64,000 nucleotides of DNA, taken from the NCBI GenBank assembly GCA_965237675.1, contig OZ250150.1:1056001-1120000 (forward strand), given 5' to 3'. The stretch is from Candidatus Latescibacterota bacterium (lineage in GTDB: Bacteria > Latescibacterota > UBA2968 > GCA-2709665). Numbering within the stretch: the stretch's first letter is position 1; each line of letters starts with the position of its first letter. The notes under the pieces were generated by a model that made no database searches, was not told where the DNA came from, and was given only the letters and a program-made list of their open reading frames with translations. Of the stretch, positions 20,274-29,597 are shown piece after piece. Made by a program: the position numbers and the translations under genes.

Positions 20274-21569
20274 TCAAACGCCTGTCTTGAGACGGGCAAA
20301 GTTGATGGTATCGTCCAGAACAATAAGGGCCATATAAGTCGTGACATCGGTGCGAGACGGATCCAGTTTGGCGATTACCCGGCGGTACCAGGCCTGACGC
20401 TTTGCATCTTTCGGTCCGATGGTGCTGATTTGACGGTTGAAATCGCTGATCTCGGCCTCGGATTTGCTGTTCTCTGTATCGAGCCAGACAAGGACGTCTT
20501 CATCGGTGCGATGGGCTGCGAGTGCGTGGCTAAAGTCTCCTAGGGACACCCCCAGGAATTCCGCAATCTTACGGTCCAGGCCGGAATCCTCGCCATACCA
20601 GTAGTCGCCCAGCCTCCGGTGAATCGCCGCCCTGCCTTTGTCGATCATCCGGGCGAGGCCGTAGATACCTCCCGCGGAAGCGTCGAATGGGCTTCTTGGC
20701 GCGTGGCGCGACAGATCCACGACGTCGAAGGATGCTTCGTCGTCCAGGTCGAGCAGGTCGAACCAGGTGTAAACGTCGGTACGGTCCGGCGCGGCGTCAT
20801 TCAGCGCCGATTGGAAGATCGTGCGTTCCTTTTCGTTCTCCGGACGCTTCCTGGAGATCCGATAGTTGAATTCGGAGATCTCACCGGACGTTGCACCGGT
20901 GTGTTCCCGTACCCAATCCCCGAGTTCCAGATCGTTCGGATTGAGGTAGGCCGCTTCCCGGTAGTCCTCCGCTGTAAAACCGAGAAAGTCGGTAATCGCC
21001 TGGTCGATGGGGCAGTTGTAGATATATTCGCCCAGCAGCCCGGCCCTGTCCGCGCGGGCTTTGTCCGCCATCCGGGCAAGGCCGAAGATCCCCGCGACGT
21101 CCCGGCGGTAGGGTGACCGCGGTGCTCTTTGTGCGAGGTCGACGTCTCTGAAGTTCGCCCAGTCGTCCAGTTCGATGGATTGGAACACAGTGACGATATC
21201 CGTTCGCCCCGGGGCGTACTGTTCAAGGCGATCCTTGAGACGCTGTTTGCCGGCTTCGTCGTCCGGCTCGCGCTTGAGATGAAACTGATTGAAGGCGTCG
21301 ATCTCCTCGTCCGTCCGATCGGAAACCTCCCGTATCCAGAGACCAAGATCCGAATCGCCATAACGTCCGGCGGCGTCGGCAAAGTCGTCGTGCGAGACGC
21401 CCAGAAAATCCAGCAGGATTTTATCCAGGCCCGAGTCGTCGCCGTATAAAAATTCACCCAGCGTCCGCGTGTTGTATGCGCGGGCTTTGTCCGCCATACG
21501 CGCGAGGTTTACAATGTTGGCAATGGAGACACTGGACGGACGACGCGGTGGCTGACGAATAAGATCCAC
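20274..21569 (-). CDS. Protein of three tandem DUF5069-like domains
   Basis: Three ~140 aa repeats: DL...PR.P ... LARM.DK.RA ... LG.Y.Y ... D ... FLG ... RTD ... LDD. Confidence 0.75.
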   Translation of the reverse strand: MDLIRQPPRRPSSVSIANIVNLARMADKARAYNTRTLGEFLYGDDSGLDKILLDFLGVSHDDFADAAGRYGDSDLGLWIREVSDRTDEEIDAFNQFHLKREPDDEAGKQRLKDRLEQYAPGRTDIVTVFQSIELDDWANFRDVDLAQRAPRSPYRRDVAGIFGLARMADKARADRAGLLGEYIYNCPIDQAITDFLGFTAEDYREAAYLNPNDLELGDWVREHTGATSGEISEFNYRISRKRPENEKERTIFQSALNDAAPDRTDVYTWFDLLDLDDEASFDVVDLSRHAPRSPFDASAGGIYGLARMIDKGRAAIHRRLGDYWYGEDSGLDRKIAEFLGVSLGDFSHALAAHRTDEDVLVWLDTENSKSEAEISDFNRQISTIGPKDAKRQAWYRRVIAKLDPSRTDVTTYMALIVLDDTINFARLKTGV

Positions 21570-21609
21570 AGGTACTTCCTTTCTACACGGAATTTGACAA
21601 CGTAAAATG

Positions 21610-21738
21610 CTACCAACTTACAAGAGTTATTGCCTCTATCTCATCAAAATGGCTATCGCGAGCCACCAGAGTCAACTGGTGCTGAATCGCTTGCGCAGCT
21701 ATCCGGATATCATTCTCCAGCAATATTCTACCATTTAT
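21610..21738 (-). pseudogene. VapC (PIN) toxin remnant with internal deletion and lost start codon
   Basis: ATA-NGRILL fused directly to ENDIRIAAQAIQHQLTLVARDSHFDEIEAITLVSW*. Confidence 0.75.
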
Positions 21739-21958
21739 TATAATCTACTCGTTCGCATCCTTCATCAATCGATCGAGCTATTGTTCTCAGGTCATCCTTG
21801 TCGATTATGCCAGCAAACTTCAGAAGGTTTTTCCCTGGTATCCCTGGTGGTTGGTCATTCACCAACGAACGTGCAAACTTCAGCACACGTTCCTGCTGTG
21901 GCGTAGCCAACTTGTGAACTTCCTCAAGGATATCTTTCTCTATAGATGTTTCCGCCAT
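21728..21958 (-). CDS. Putative antitoxin (DUF2281-like)
   Basis: QQERVLKFARSL...GIPGKNLLKFAGII...GCERVDYNKW; overlaps the VapC remnant. Confidence 0.7.
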   Translation of the reverse strand: MAETSIEKDILEEVHKLATPQQERVLKFARSLVNDQPPGIPGKNLLKFAGIIDKDDLRTIARSIDEGCERVDYNKW

Positions 21959-22135
21959 GTTTTCGCTCCAACTACAAAGATGGATAAACGGTGAACTGTC
22001 GAAGTAAAATGGCGCGCCAGGCACGGGCGCCAGTGTTGAATTATCGTTGGTTTCTGTGTGATCCTAACTCAATGATTGCGGAGAAGCGCGTACCTCCGAT
22101 GCGACCTTCGGCAGTTTTTAAAATACTCCTTAATG

Positions 22136-22390
22136 TTACACGGTATGCGCAATGGCTTCTGCTTCGATCTCCGCTCGGTCTACGTCGTAACCTGCAGACT
22201 TCACATCTGCGATTGCCGAGAGAATGGCGGCTTCAAGAGAATCTCCCTCACGGGAAAAATCAACTGAGAAAACCCCGTTGCACAATCCTGGCGATCCATC
22301 ATCGCAACCGGCCTTAAACAAATCATCCGCGATCTCTTCGGTCAATTCGAACTGACCCTTTAATATCAAGGCAAACTCGTACTTTGCCAT
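22136..22390 (-). CDS. Putative HicB-like antitoxin
   Basis: YEFALIL..LFKAGCDD..VDFSREGDSLEAAILSAIADVKSAG; small acidic protein downstream of a basic partner. Confidence 0.55.
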   Translation of the reverse strand: MAKYEFALILKGQFELTEEIADDLFKAGCDDGSPGLCNGVFSVDFSREGDSLEAAILSAIADVKSAGYDVDRAEIEAEAIAHTV

Positions 22391-22416
22391 GGTGTACATC
22401 CTTTCCAAGCTGCCGC

Positions 22417-22647
22417 CTATATCGCGTGGTGCGGGCACCGTTCAACGGACCGGCGGATTACTCTGGCATGGTCTTCAGGATTCCTTGGCGTTGAGTAAAC
22501 GGCCCTGACACATCCGTTCCGATTCCTCAACGGACAAAACAATCGACCCCAGGTGTGGGACCGCGGCCCGGCTTTTCGAAACGTCCACCCTTGATCCAGG
22601 GCGTACGCAATTGCTGCGCGAATATACCTGTTTGGATGATCTGACAA
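22417..22647 (-). CDS. Putative HicA-like toxin
   Basis: HPN..I..AI.YA...GW....SHTWGRLFCP...VYSTPRNPEDHA; small basic protein. Confidence 0.55.
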   Translation of the reverse strand: MSDHPNRYIRAAIAYALDQGWTFRKAGPRSHTWGRLFCPLRNRNGCVRAVYSTPRNPEDHARVIRRSVERCPHHAI

Positions 22648-22733
22648 TAGTACGCAAACCCCCGTTTAGTGTCAAGGGATCCGGCAAGTCACAACCCGGC
22701 CGACATCGACCCCGAGACTGCCGATGTTCGCGG

Positions 22734-23360
22734 CTACGTGTTCATACGGGTGAGCATATCCCGGTCGTTGAGATAGGGGACGGAACCGTCCAGAAAGGTC
22801 TGCAGGAGGTCTTCCGGTGTCAGGTCGGACGTATCAATTTCGAATTTGCGCATGATCCAGCAGGCGCCGTACTCCGCCTGGAATTCGTCCAGGATCTCCT
22901 GGATGTCCTCCCTGGGGACAATGTGATAGGTATGTCGGTCTTCCTTCATGCGTCTTTCAATGACATCGGCGCGGGCTTTGAGATGGACCAGGATGGTGTC
23001 CCGCGGCATCTCGGCTTCCCAGGCTCTCGGCGTTTCGGAAAGACGGCCGACAGTGGGGTAATAGTACCGGGGGCCGTAGATGTATTCCTCGATGTGAAAC
23101 CCGCCCAGCAGAATGTTTTCGTATTTGTTGATCAGCCGAACGTGGTAGGCAAGCTGAAATCGCTGGTAACGTTCCTTGATGGCTTCGGGCAACCCCAGCA
23201 TGATCCGCTGGTCGCCTTCCGTTTTGAGCATCTGGCAGTCGGGAATGCTGAAGTGATCGTCCAGGTGGTGGACGATGCCCCGGTCGCGTCCCCACTGCAT
23301 GAGGCCGTTGAAAAGGGTTGTTTTTCCGGTGTACTCACAGCCAATGGCGATGATGCGCAT
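22734..23360 (-). CDS. P-loop nucleotide kinase-like protein
   Basis: N-terminal Walker A GCEYTGKTT; LVHLKARADVIERRM; IDTS. Confidence 0.7.
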   Translation of the reverse strand: MRIIAIGCEYTGKTTLFNGLMQWGRDRGIVHHLDDHFSIPDCQMLKTEGDQRIMLGLPEAIKERYQRFQLAYHVRLINKYENILLGGFHIEEYIYGPRYYYPTVGRLSETPRAWEAEMPRDTILVHLKARADVIERRMKEDRHTYHIVPREDIQEILDEFQAEYGACWIMRKFEIDTSDLTPEDLLQTFLDGSVPYLNDRDMLTRMNT

Positions 23361-23448
23361 GGTGAAATCTCCTCAACGAAGTGAAAGTTCGCGGGCGACT
23401 ACGGACGGAAACCGGATTCGGAAGAAATATCGAGAAGCACGAACCGTA

Positions 23449-24198
23449 TCATCGGCCCACGGCGTTTATAAAGGCTTTGACGCGGTTGGGATCCGCGAGG
23501 TTATGCGAAAACTCCGGTGGGCGGAACTCACCGCCCATAAACACGTTGGGGTTACGGTACGTCATACGGCTGGAGACACCGCTCCCGGCGGCGACATGGA
23601 TTTCGCGGGCGCCGGTGCCGGAGACGACTTTCGCGACATTGCGTTCGGTAATCCCGCCGCCGGGCATGACCACGATACGGCCGTCGGACCTCTTGATCAG
23701 ATCCGAAATGAGGTCGACGCCTTCGAGCGCGGAATTCTCCTGGCCCGACGTCAACATCCTGTCCACGCCAAGCGCAATCAGATCGTCCAGCGCGCGGTGA
23801 GGGTCGGCGGCCATATCGAAAGCGCGGTGAAACGTGACGGCAAGGGGCCGGATGCGTTTGATGAGAATGCCGGTGCGCTGCACGTCTATGGAGCCGTCCG
23901 GATTCAGCAGGCCGATGACAATCCCGTCCGCGCCGCAGTCGACGGCCAGTTCGACGTCCCTTAACATCGTTTCGAACTCGACCTCGGAATAGCAGAAGTC
24001 GCCCCCCCTCGGCCGCACGATGACGTTGAGTCCGATGTCGATATGCTTTCGGGCAACCTGAACGGCGCCGGCGCTGGGGGTGGTGCCGCCTTCCACCAGG
24101 TTGTCGCACAGTTCCACCCGATGGGCGCCGCCTTCCTGAGCGGAAATGGCGCCCTGCGCGGAACCGACGCAGATTTCAAACAGTACTGGCGGGTTCAA
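23449..24198 (-). CDS. cutC: Copper homeostasis protein CutC
   Basis: EICV, GAHRVELC..L.EGGTTPS, RPRGGDFCYS, TFHRAFD, LTSGQ. Confidence 0.95.
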   Translation of the reverse strand: MNPPVLFEICVGSAQGAISAQEGGAHRVELCDNLVEGGTTPSAGAVQVARKHIDIGLNVIVRPRGGDFCYSEVEFETMLRDVELAVDCGADGIVIGLLNPDGSIDVQRTGILIKRIRPLAVTFHRAFDMAADPHRALDDLIALGVDRMLTSGQENSALEGVDLISDLIKRSDGRIVVMPGGGITERNVAKVVSGTGAREIHVAAGSGVSSRMTYRNPNVFMGGEFRPPEFSHNLADPNRVKAFINAVGR

Positions 24199-24279
24199 AT
24201 TAATCCTCCGTCGGTGATGTCGTTGATCCCCCGCAGTCCGGACAGGAGCCCGTTCGTTGGGTCCGGCTCCGGTTACGTC

Positions 24280-27200
24280 CTACGCGATATACCCGAATTC
24301 CATATCGTCCATCCACAGGATCTGATCGGGTTCCCCTCCTCGATCGAACGCGATGGAGACGATTGTGTAGCCCGGTTGGACGTCCAGTTCCGCCCGGTAT
24401 TCGGTCCACGCCTCGCTGGGTCGGATCGGAACGACAAGATGGGTGTCCTGCTGGCCGGACACGGAAACGTGCGCATGGGTGGCGGAGCCCCTGGCTTTGA
24501 ACCGCAGGTGGTACCGTCCGGCGGTGCAAAGACGCATTGGACGGCTCTTGAGCGATATGGGATCCCTGGGCCTCGTAAACTTGAGACAGGCGCCGCCTTC
24601 CACGGCATCCTCCGTGCTCCACGCCGGCCAGCCGGGATCGTGCGTGCGTGGGTGCTGTACGTTCCAGTAACGCGGCGGATAATCCACGATACCGGCTTCA
24701 AAGCCGCCATTGCAAAGCAGGTTGATGAGTCTGCCTTTGTAGCTTTGTATCGGGTGGGCCCGGGGGTCCGGGGGTCCGGCAGGCGGATAGCGGACGAAGA
24801 CTTCCGTTCCCTCTCTCAGGCAGGCGGCGGCGCGGCCCGTCGCACGCACACTCATGTCCGGGTCCCATCGGTCCTGAACGAGCAATTCCGCGCCGTCCGC
24901 GACGAGTTCGTAGATGCCCGGCTCACGCGGCGTGATCTCGGCAAAGGCAATGATGTCCCCGTTGTCCGCGATGGCTGTCTGCAAACGCACTGTCTGCCGG
25001 CCCTCTTCATCCGTAAGTGTCAGCTGAAGGGATTTCGTGGGGGCGGCAAGATCCGCGACCGGGTCAATCCACAGGACCGATTCACCCGTGTCCTTCAACT
25101 CGACTTCGACCTTCCCGTCCCGCCATGTAAAATCGATCGGTTTCGCGTCCCGTGGACGTTCCGGCGGCGACGAGAATATGCATCCTGGCGCACGGGGAAG
25201 GTGGACCGCGAGACGCACCGGCGCCGAATGCTGAACCTGGATCTGTGCACTCGCGCCTGGCAGGTTGTAATTCGCTGCCGCGTCGCACTCCGCATCGGCG
25301 ATCATGAGAATCTCGCCATCCAGGCTGAGCCGGGTGCCCCCGTGCAGCAACCAGCGATGAAGTCGATCCCCGCCGCGGCTGATATTGGCCACGCTGGCGT
25401 CGGTCTCGATACCCGCACCGGCAATTGTCCCGCCCCGTCGGGTCCGGAACAGGACGCATTCGGACCTGTTCCCGGATTGAAAGTATAGGGCTTCGGCGCC
25501 TTCCGCGTCGACCCGGCGGATGTCACTGATCCGCGCCCCCGCCGTTTTTCCGAAGGTATTCATCACGGCCAGGATTTGCGCACTGGCTTTTTTTTTCGTT
25601 GTGGCGCGGATGTTCCACTGCTGGGGGAAGGCTTCGGTAAAGCGGCACCAGTCGCGGGTTTTAAGGGGAAACGGCCGGTGGTTGTTCTGGGCGTATTTCA
25701 GAGGCCCGTCTGTCAGATGCCGGACCAGAAGGCGCTGATCCCGCTGCCGGATGGTCATGGATTGACTGCGTTCACTTATATCTGCGCGTTCGAACGTGTT
25801 GAGCGTCCAGGTGTATTCCCTGGGTTCAGGCGCCTTCAGATCGTCACAGATGACGAAGACGTCGGGCCGGATAAACAGGACGTGGCGGCGGAACGTTTCG
25901 AGCCGTTCCCCGTACGCGTCTGAAGCGTCGCCTGTGAAGAAACAGGCGTCGGGTGTATTGAAAAAGGCCGTTATCTTTCCCTTGTGGGCAATGCCCCGGC
26001 ACTGGCCCTCGCCGTCGACGAGCATGGAATTGTGCGCCTGTGTGGTTCGGCTCCATTGGGTATGGTAGGTATCCCCGGAATAGGTGTAATACCCCGCATC
26101 GCAGCAGAGGATCTCACCGCCCGCGTGGATGACGAATCCGTTCTGATCCTGGTGGGCGTGGCTGTGATCGCCCCACGGGCTGCTGCGGAAGAAAATGCGG
26201 CTGCTGCCGTGGTCGTAAAACCGGTCGTAAGCGGCGAGTTGGCCGACATCGGGAAACAGGCGGGCCTGCGCGATATCCACGGGCGGTCTGGATGGGACGC
26301 CGCTGTCGGAGAGATACTGGAGCGGGAGATGGACCGGGTTGCAGACCCGTGTATCGCTCCACCACTTGACGGTGGGGTCGCCCGTCATCGCGGCCACGAA
26401 AGCGGAAACGTACGTATCGGCATCGCTGCCGAAATTGGCGTCGATCAGGGAATAACAGTCCCCCCAGTGGTTCCACCAGTAATTAAGGGACATGCAGTAC
26501 ATCCAGAACGCGCCGGTATTCTGCCACCGGGGTTCCCGGGAGAGGTCCAGGCCGGTAGCGGTTTTCAGGGCGGCGAGGCCTTCCAGGATGAATTGAACTT
26601 TATGGCCGTACTTCTGACCTTCGGTGTACCCGCCATCGCTGCTTCCCCAGGCAATCCGGTTGACGTACTGGCGGATGAGGTAGTCGGCCCATTCCCGGGT
26701 CCGGGCGGATTCGGTCGCGACGGCCAGAACCGTGGTAAGCAGCGCATGCATGCACTGTTGACCGTGGGAATTCTGATAATTCAGGTGAATCCGCACTCTG
26801 TCCCGGATCCACATGTAGGCTGCTTCACAATGGAATTCGATGTGGGCCAGCGCACTTGCGCGTTCTTCGGGATTCAGGAGGGCGTAAAGCCGATCGTACG
26901 CGAGGGCCATCCCCTTCAGACCGAATTCGTAGCAGTAGACAACGGTGTCGTGTTGCCCACGGTCCTCGAGGTGGATGTCGACGCGGAAATTCGAGAGGAA
27001 GGCCATCCAGCGCCGCGCGGCCTCGGCGTACTTTTCGCTGCCCGAGATCAGATACGCAAACGAGAGTGCATTGACGTTATCGGCGCCCTGCTTGAGTTCG
27101 GCGATCCGGTAGTCGGCCGGAAACGTGAGACGGTCGTTTTTCAAATGAAAGACCTGACCGCGCCGTTCGGCCAGGTTCGCCGGTACGGATTGCAGGTTCA

Positions 27201-27702
27201 ATTCGGGCGGTTCGGTCTGCGTCAGGCCGTCGGCGCGGTATCTGAGGTGCTTCCAGGCTTCGCGGCCGGGGCCATGCCTGCGGGTGCGGAACGCCTCCAG
27301 GGTGTCCGGGGTGACAAAAACGCGCGGATGGTCCGGCATGGCGTCCAGGATACGCTTCGTTGGCGGTACCGGAAGCGGGATGGATTCGGGCGTGATGTGA
27401 AAGCTGCGTGCAGGGCCGGGTTGGGATTGTTCACCCTGGGACGTCGCCGCGAAGTAACGCCAGTGCCACGTTCCGCCGGCCAGTTCGATCGACGGATTGT
27501 AGAACGGCATGTCGATGCCCGTGCAGCGGATAACGTCCTTCCGGAAGTCGGGATCCCTGCAGATCTCCACGATGTATGTGGCGGCCCTGTCGTCTACGCG
27601 CCAGATAAGGGCCGGCGGATTCTGGATCGCGATGGAGCCTTCGGCGGGCGTGATCGGCGGATGGCGCGACGGCGAGGGCGACGTGTCGACGGCAAGAGCC
27701 AT
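24280..27702 (-). CDS. DUF4962 + heparinase II/III-like oligosaccharide lyase with C-terminal CBM-like domain
   Basis: QNPPALIW, HPRVFVT, DGGYTEG, SHAHQDQNGF, AHNSMLVDGEGQ; NLLCNGGFE carbohydrate-binding module at end. Confidence 0.85.
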   Translation of the reverse strand: MALAVDTSPSPSRHPPITPAEGSIAIQNPPALIWRVDDRAATYIVEICRDPDFRKDVIRCTGIDMPFYNPSIELAGGTWHWRYFAATSQGEQSQPGPARSFHITPESIPLPVPPTKRILDAMPDHPRVFVTPDTLEAFRTRRHGPGREAWKHLRYRADGLTQTEPPELNLQSVPANLAERRGQVFHLKNDRLTFPADYRIAELKQGADNVNALSFAYLISGSEKYAEAARRWMAFLSNFRVDIHLEDRGQHDTVVYCYEFGLKGMALAYDRLYALLNPEERASALAHIEFHCEAAYMWIRDRVRIHLNYQNSHGQQCMHALLTTVLAVATESARTREWADYLIRQYVNRIAWGSSDGGYTEGQKYGHKVQFILEGLAALKTATGLDLSREPRWQNTGAFWMYCMSLNYWWNHWGDCYSLIDANFGSDADTYVSAFVAAMTGDPTVKWWSDTRVCNPVHLPLQYLSDSGVPSRPPVDIAQARLFPDVGQLAAYDRFYDHGSSRIFFRSSPWGDHSHAHQDQNGFVIHAGGEILCCDAGYYTYSGDTYHTQWSRTTQAHNSMLVDGEGQCRGIAHKGKITAFFNTPDACFFTGDASDAYGERLETFRRHVLFIRPDVFVICDDLKAPEPREYTWTLNTFERADISERSQSMTIRQRDQRLLVRHLTDGPLKYAQNNHRPFPLKTRDWCRFTEAFPQQWNIRATTKKKASAQILAVMNTFGKTAGARISDIRRVDAEGAEALYFQSGNRSECVLFRTRRGGTIAGAGIETDASVANISRGGDRLHRWLLHGGTRLSLDGEILMIADAECDAAANYNLPGASAQIQVQHSAPVRLAVHLPRAPGCIFSSPPERPRDAKPIDFTWRDGKVEVELKDTGESVLWIDPVADLAAPTKSLQLTLTDEEGRQTVRLQTAIADNGDIIAFAEITPREPGIYELVADGAELLVQDRWDPDMSVRATGRAAACLREGTEVFVRYPPAGPPDPRAHPIQSYKGRLINLLCNGGFEAGIVDYPPRYWNVQHPRTHDPGWPAWSTEDAVEGGACLKFTRPRDPISLKSRPMRLCTAGRYHLRFKARGSATHAHVSVSGQQDTHLVVPIRPSEAWTEYRAELDVQPGYTIVSIAFDRGGEPDQILWMDDMEFGYIA

Positions 27703-28056
27703 GTGCGGTTCTCCAATGGAATATCGGCGCGGGCGGGTTCACCCCCAGTTCTCGCCACCTGCGGCAATGCTTGGCGTCGTCAACCGTACGGAAACCCACC
27801 CCAACGTCCAACCGCGGACCGGCATCGTCCCATTCGAACGGCAATGTCGGTACAATATAGCGACCCCGTCGGTCCGGGGGCAAGTGCCTTGACATGCCGA
27901 TGCCACGGGGGTATCTTTGTACGAGAGGCGCAAGCGCGATATGTGCCCTTCACGCTGGTGGTATCCCGACCACATGAACGGACTTTTGATATCTTTGAGT
28001 ATCCGTGTCTTCGGGCAAGACGCGTTTCCCGGGATTTGCGTTTTAAGGAGATGCTT

Positions 28057-28743
28057 ATGCAACAGTTTCGATGGCCGGTAATCGTATTCACTGTGCTCTG
28101 GGTTGGGGGGTGCGGCGCACGGGATCCCGTTAAGGAAATGCAGAAGAGCCTCGCTAACGCGCCCGAGTATATGATCATACTGGAAGATATGAGAGAAGCG
28201 GGTACTTTCTCCACGGACTATTACCATAAGTACACCGTGGTACAGGGGGAGCGGCGGCGCACGACGAACTGGATCGAGGTACCCCACAAGGTTTATCGGC
28301 GGTACCAGGCGTTTCTTGGCATGGCCATTGTGGCCAAATCGGACAAAGGGGTGAACGATACCCCCCATCCGCCCGGATACCACTATGTCGGAAACTCGCA
28401 GTACGGGAGTTGGAATCACGGAAGCGGAGGGAGTTTCTGGGTGTTCTACGGTCAATACGCGATGATGCGGAATTTAATGGGTGGGGGCTACGGGGGGCAA
28501 ATATACCGGAACGACTACGCCGACTATCGCAACAACCGCGATCGGCGGCGTCCGTACTATGGGCGCAACCGCCAGTACGGTACCGAAGGGTCGGTCACGA
28601 AGAAGCAAAGGCCGGCGTTCTACCAGCGTCGGAAACAGGCGATAGCAAACAGGCAGCGGTCCTTCTCCCAGAGGGTCAGGGACCGGTCCGGTCGCAACAG
28701 GTCGGGCTTTGGCAGCCGCAGCAGAGGGAGGTTTGGAAAATGA
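28057..28743 (+). CDS. Lipoprotein with Gly/Arg-rich C-terminus (partner of DUF350/spermidine synthase cluster)
   Basis: RBS AAGGAG; lipobox VGG-C; IILEDM, PPGYHYVGNSQYGSW, SFWVFYGQY. Confidence 0.75.
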   Translation: MQQFRWPVIVFTVLWVGGCGARDPVKEMQKSLANAPEYMIILEDMREAGTFSTDYYHKYTVVQGERRRTTNWIEVPHKVYRRYQAFLGMAIVAKSDKGVNDTPHPPGYHYVGNSQYGSWNHGSGGSFWVFYGQYAMMRNLMGGGYGGQIYRNDYADYRNNRDRRRPYYGRNRQYGTEGSVTKKQRPAFYQRRKQAIANRQRSFSQRVRDRSGRNRSGFGSRSRGRFGK

Positions 28744-29585
28744 TGTGGGACAGTTTGATGGAATCGGGGATTTACCTGGTCTGCGCGTATGTCTTGTTCT
28801 GGATTGGCAAGCTGGTATACGACTGGACCACGCCGAGCTACCGCGTGAAGGAAGAGCTTGTGGAGAAGGACAACACCGCCCTGTCGGTGGCAATGGTGGG
28901 GTACTTTTTCGGACTGGTGATGGCCATAGGAGGCGTGATTTCCGGTCCGTCGCATGGGCTGGAGATTGACCTGATCGACGTGCTCATTTACGGACCGTTG
29001 TCGATTGTGCTGATGAATCTGTCGCGGATCATCAACGACCGGTTGATCCTGCACCAATTCTCCATTCGGGATGAAATTATCCGGGATCAGAATACCGGCA
29101 CGGGAGCCGTGGTGTGCGCCTCTTACATCGCCACGGGTCTGGTGATTTTCGGAGCCGTGTCGGGCGAACTGGGGGGCGTGGGCACAACGGTCGTTTTCTG
29201 GGTGCTGGGACAGGCGGCGCTGGTGCTGGCGGGCGTTGTCTACAACTGGACGACGCCTTACGATCTGCACGCGGAAATCGAACGGGACAACGTGGCGGCG
29301 GGCGTGGCTTTTGCGGGCGCACTGATAGGTATCGGCATTGTGGTGCGGCACGCGGTTGCCGGAGACTTTATTTCCTGGACAACGAGCCTGCAGGACTTCG
29401 CGCTTGAGGTGGTCCTCGGGCTGGTTCTGCTGATCGTAGTACGGGTTGCCACGGACAAAGTGCTGTTGCCGGGTTTGAACCTCTCGGCGGAAATTTCGGA
29501 TCCCGAGAAGCCGCACCTGGGCGCCGGATGTATTGAAGCGTTTTCATACGTGGGTGCGTCGCTGCTGATCGTGTGGGCCTTGTAG
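28740..29585 (+). CDS. DUF350 (YjfL-like) membrane protein, two tandem domains
   Basis: EELVEKDNTALSV and TPYDLHAEIERDNVAAGV repeats; ATGA overlap with upstream stop. Confidence 0.85.
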   Translation: MMWDSLMESGIYLVCAYVLFWIGKLVYDWTTPSYRVKEELVEKDNTALSVAMVGYFFGLVMAIGGVISGPSHGLEIDLIDVLIYGPLSIVLMNLSRIINDRLILHQFSIRDEIIRDQNTGTGAVVCASYIATGLVIFGAVSGELGGVGTTVVFWVLGQAALVLAGVVYNWTTPYDLHAEIERDNVAAGVAFAGALIGIGIVVRHAVAGDFISWTTSLQDFALEVVLGLVLLIVVRVATDKVLLPGLNLSAEISDPEKPHLGAGCIEAFSYVGASLLIVWAL

Positions 29586-29597
29586 GAAACGGCTACG

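Noticed and set aside
14101-20543. Long plus-strand ORFs (14101, 14853, 16746, 18755, 19146)
   Set aside because: GC-rich antisense shadows of well-supported minus-strand genes; no motifs
25984-28056. N-terminal part of the 919 aa plus-strand ORF
   Set aside because: Antisense shadow of the DUF4962 lyase; the real gene starts at 28057 after an RBS with a lipoprotein signal
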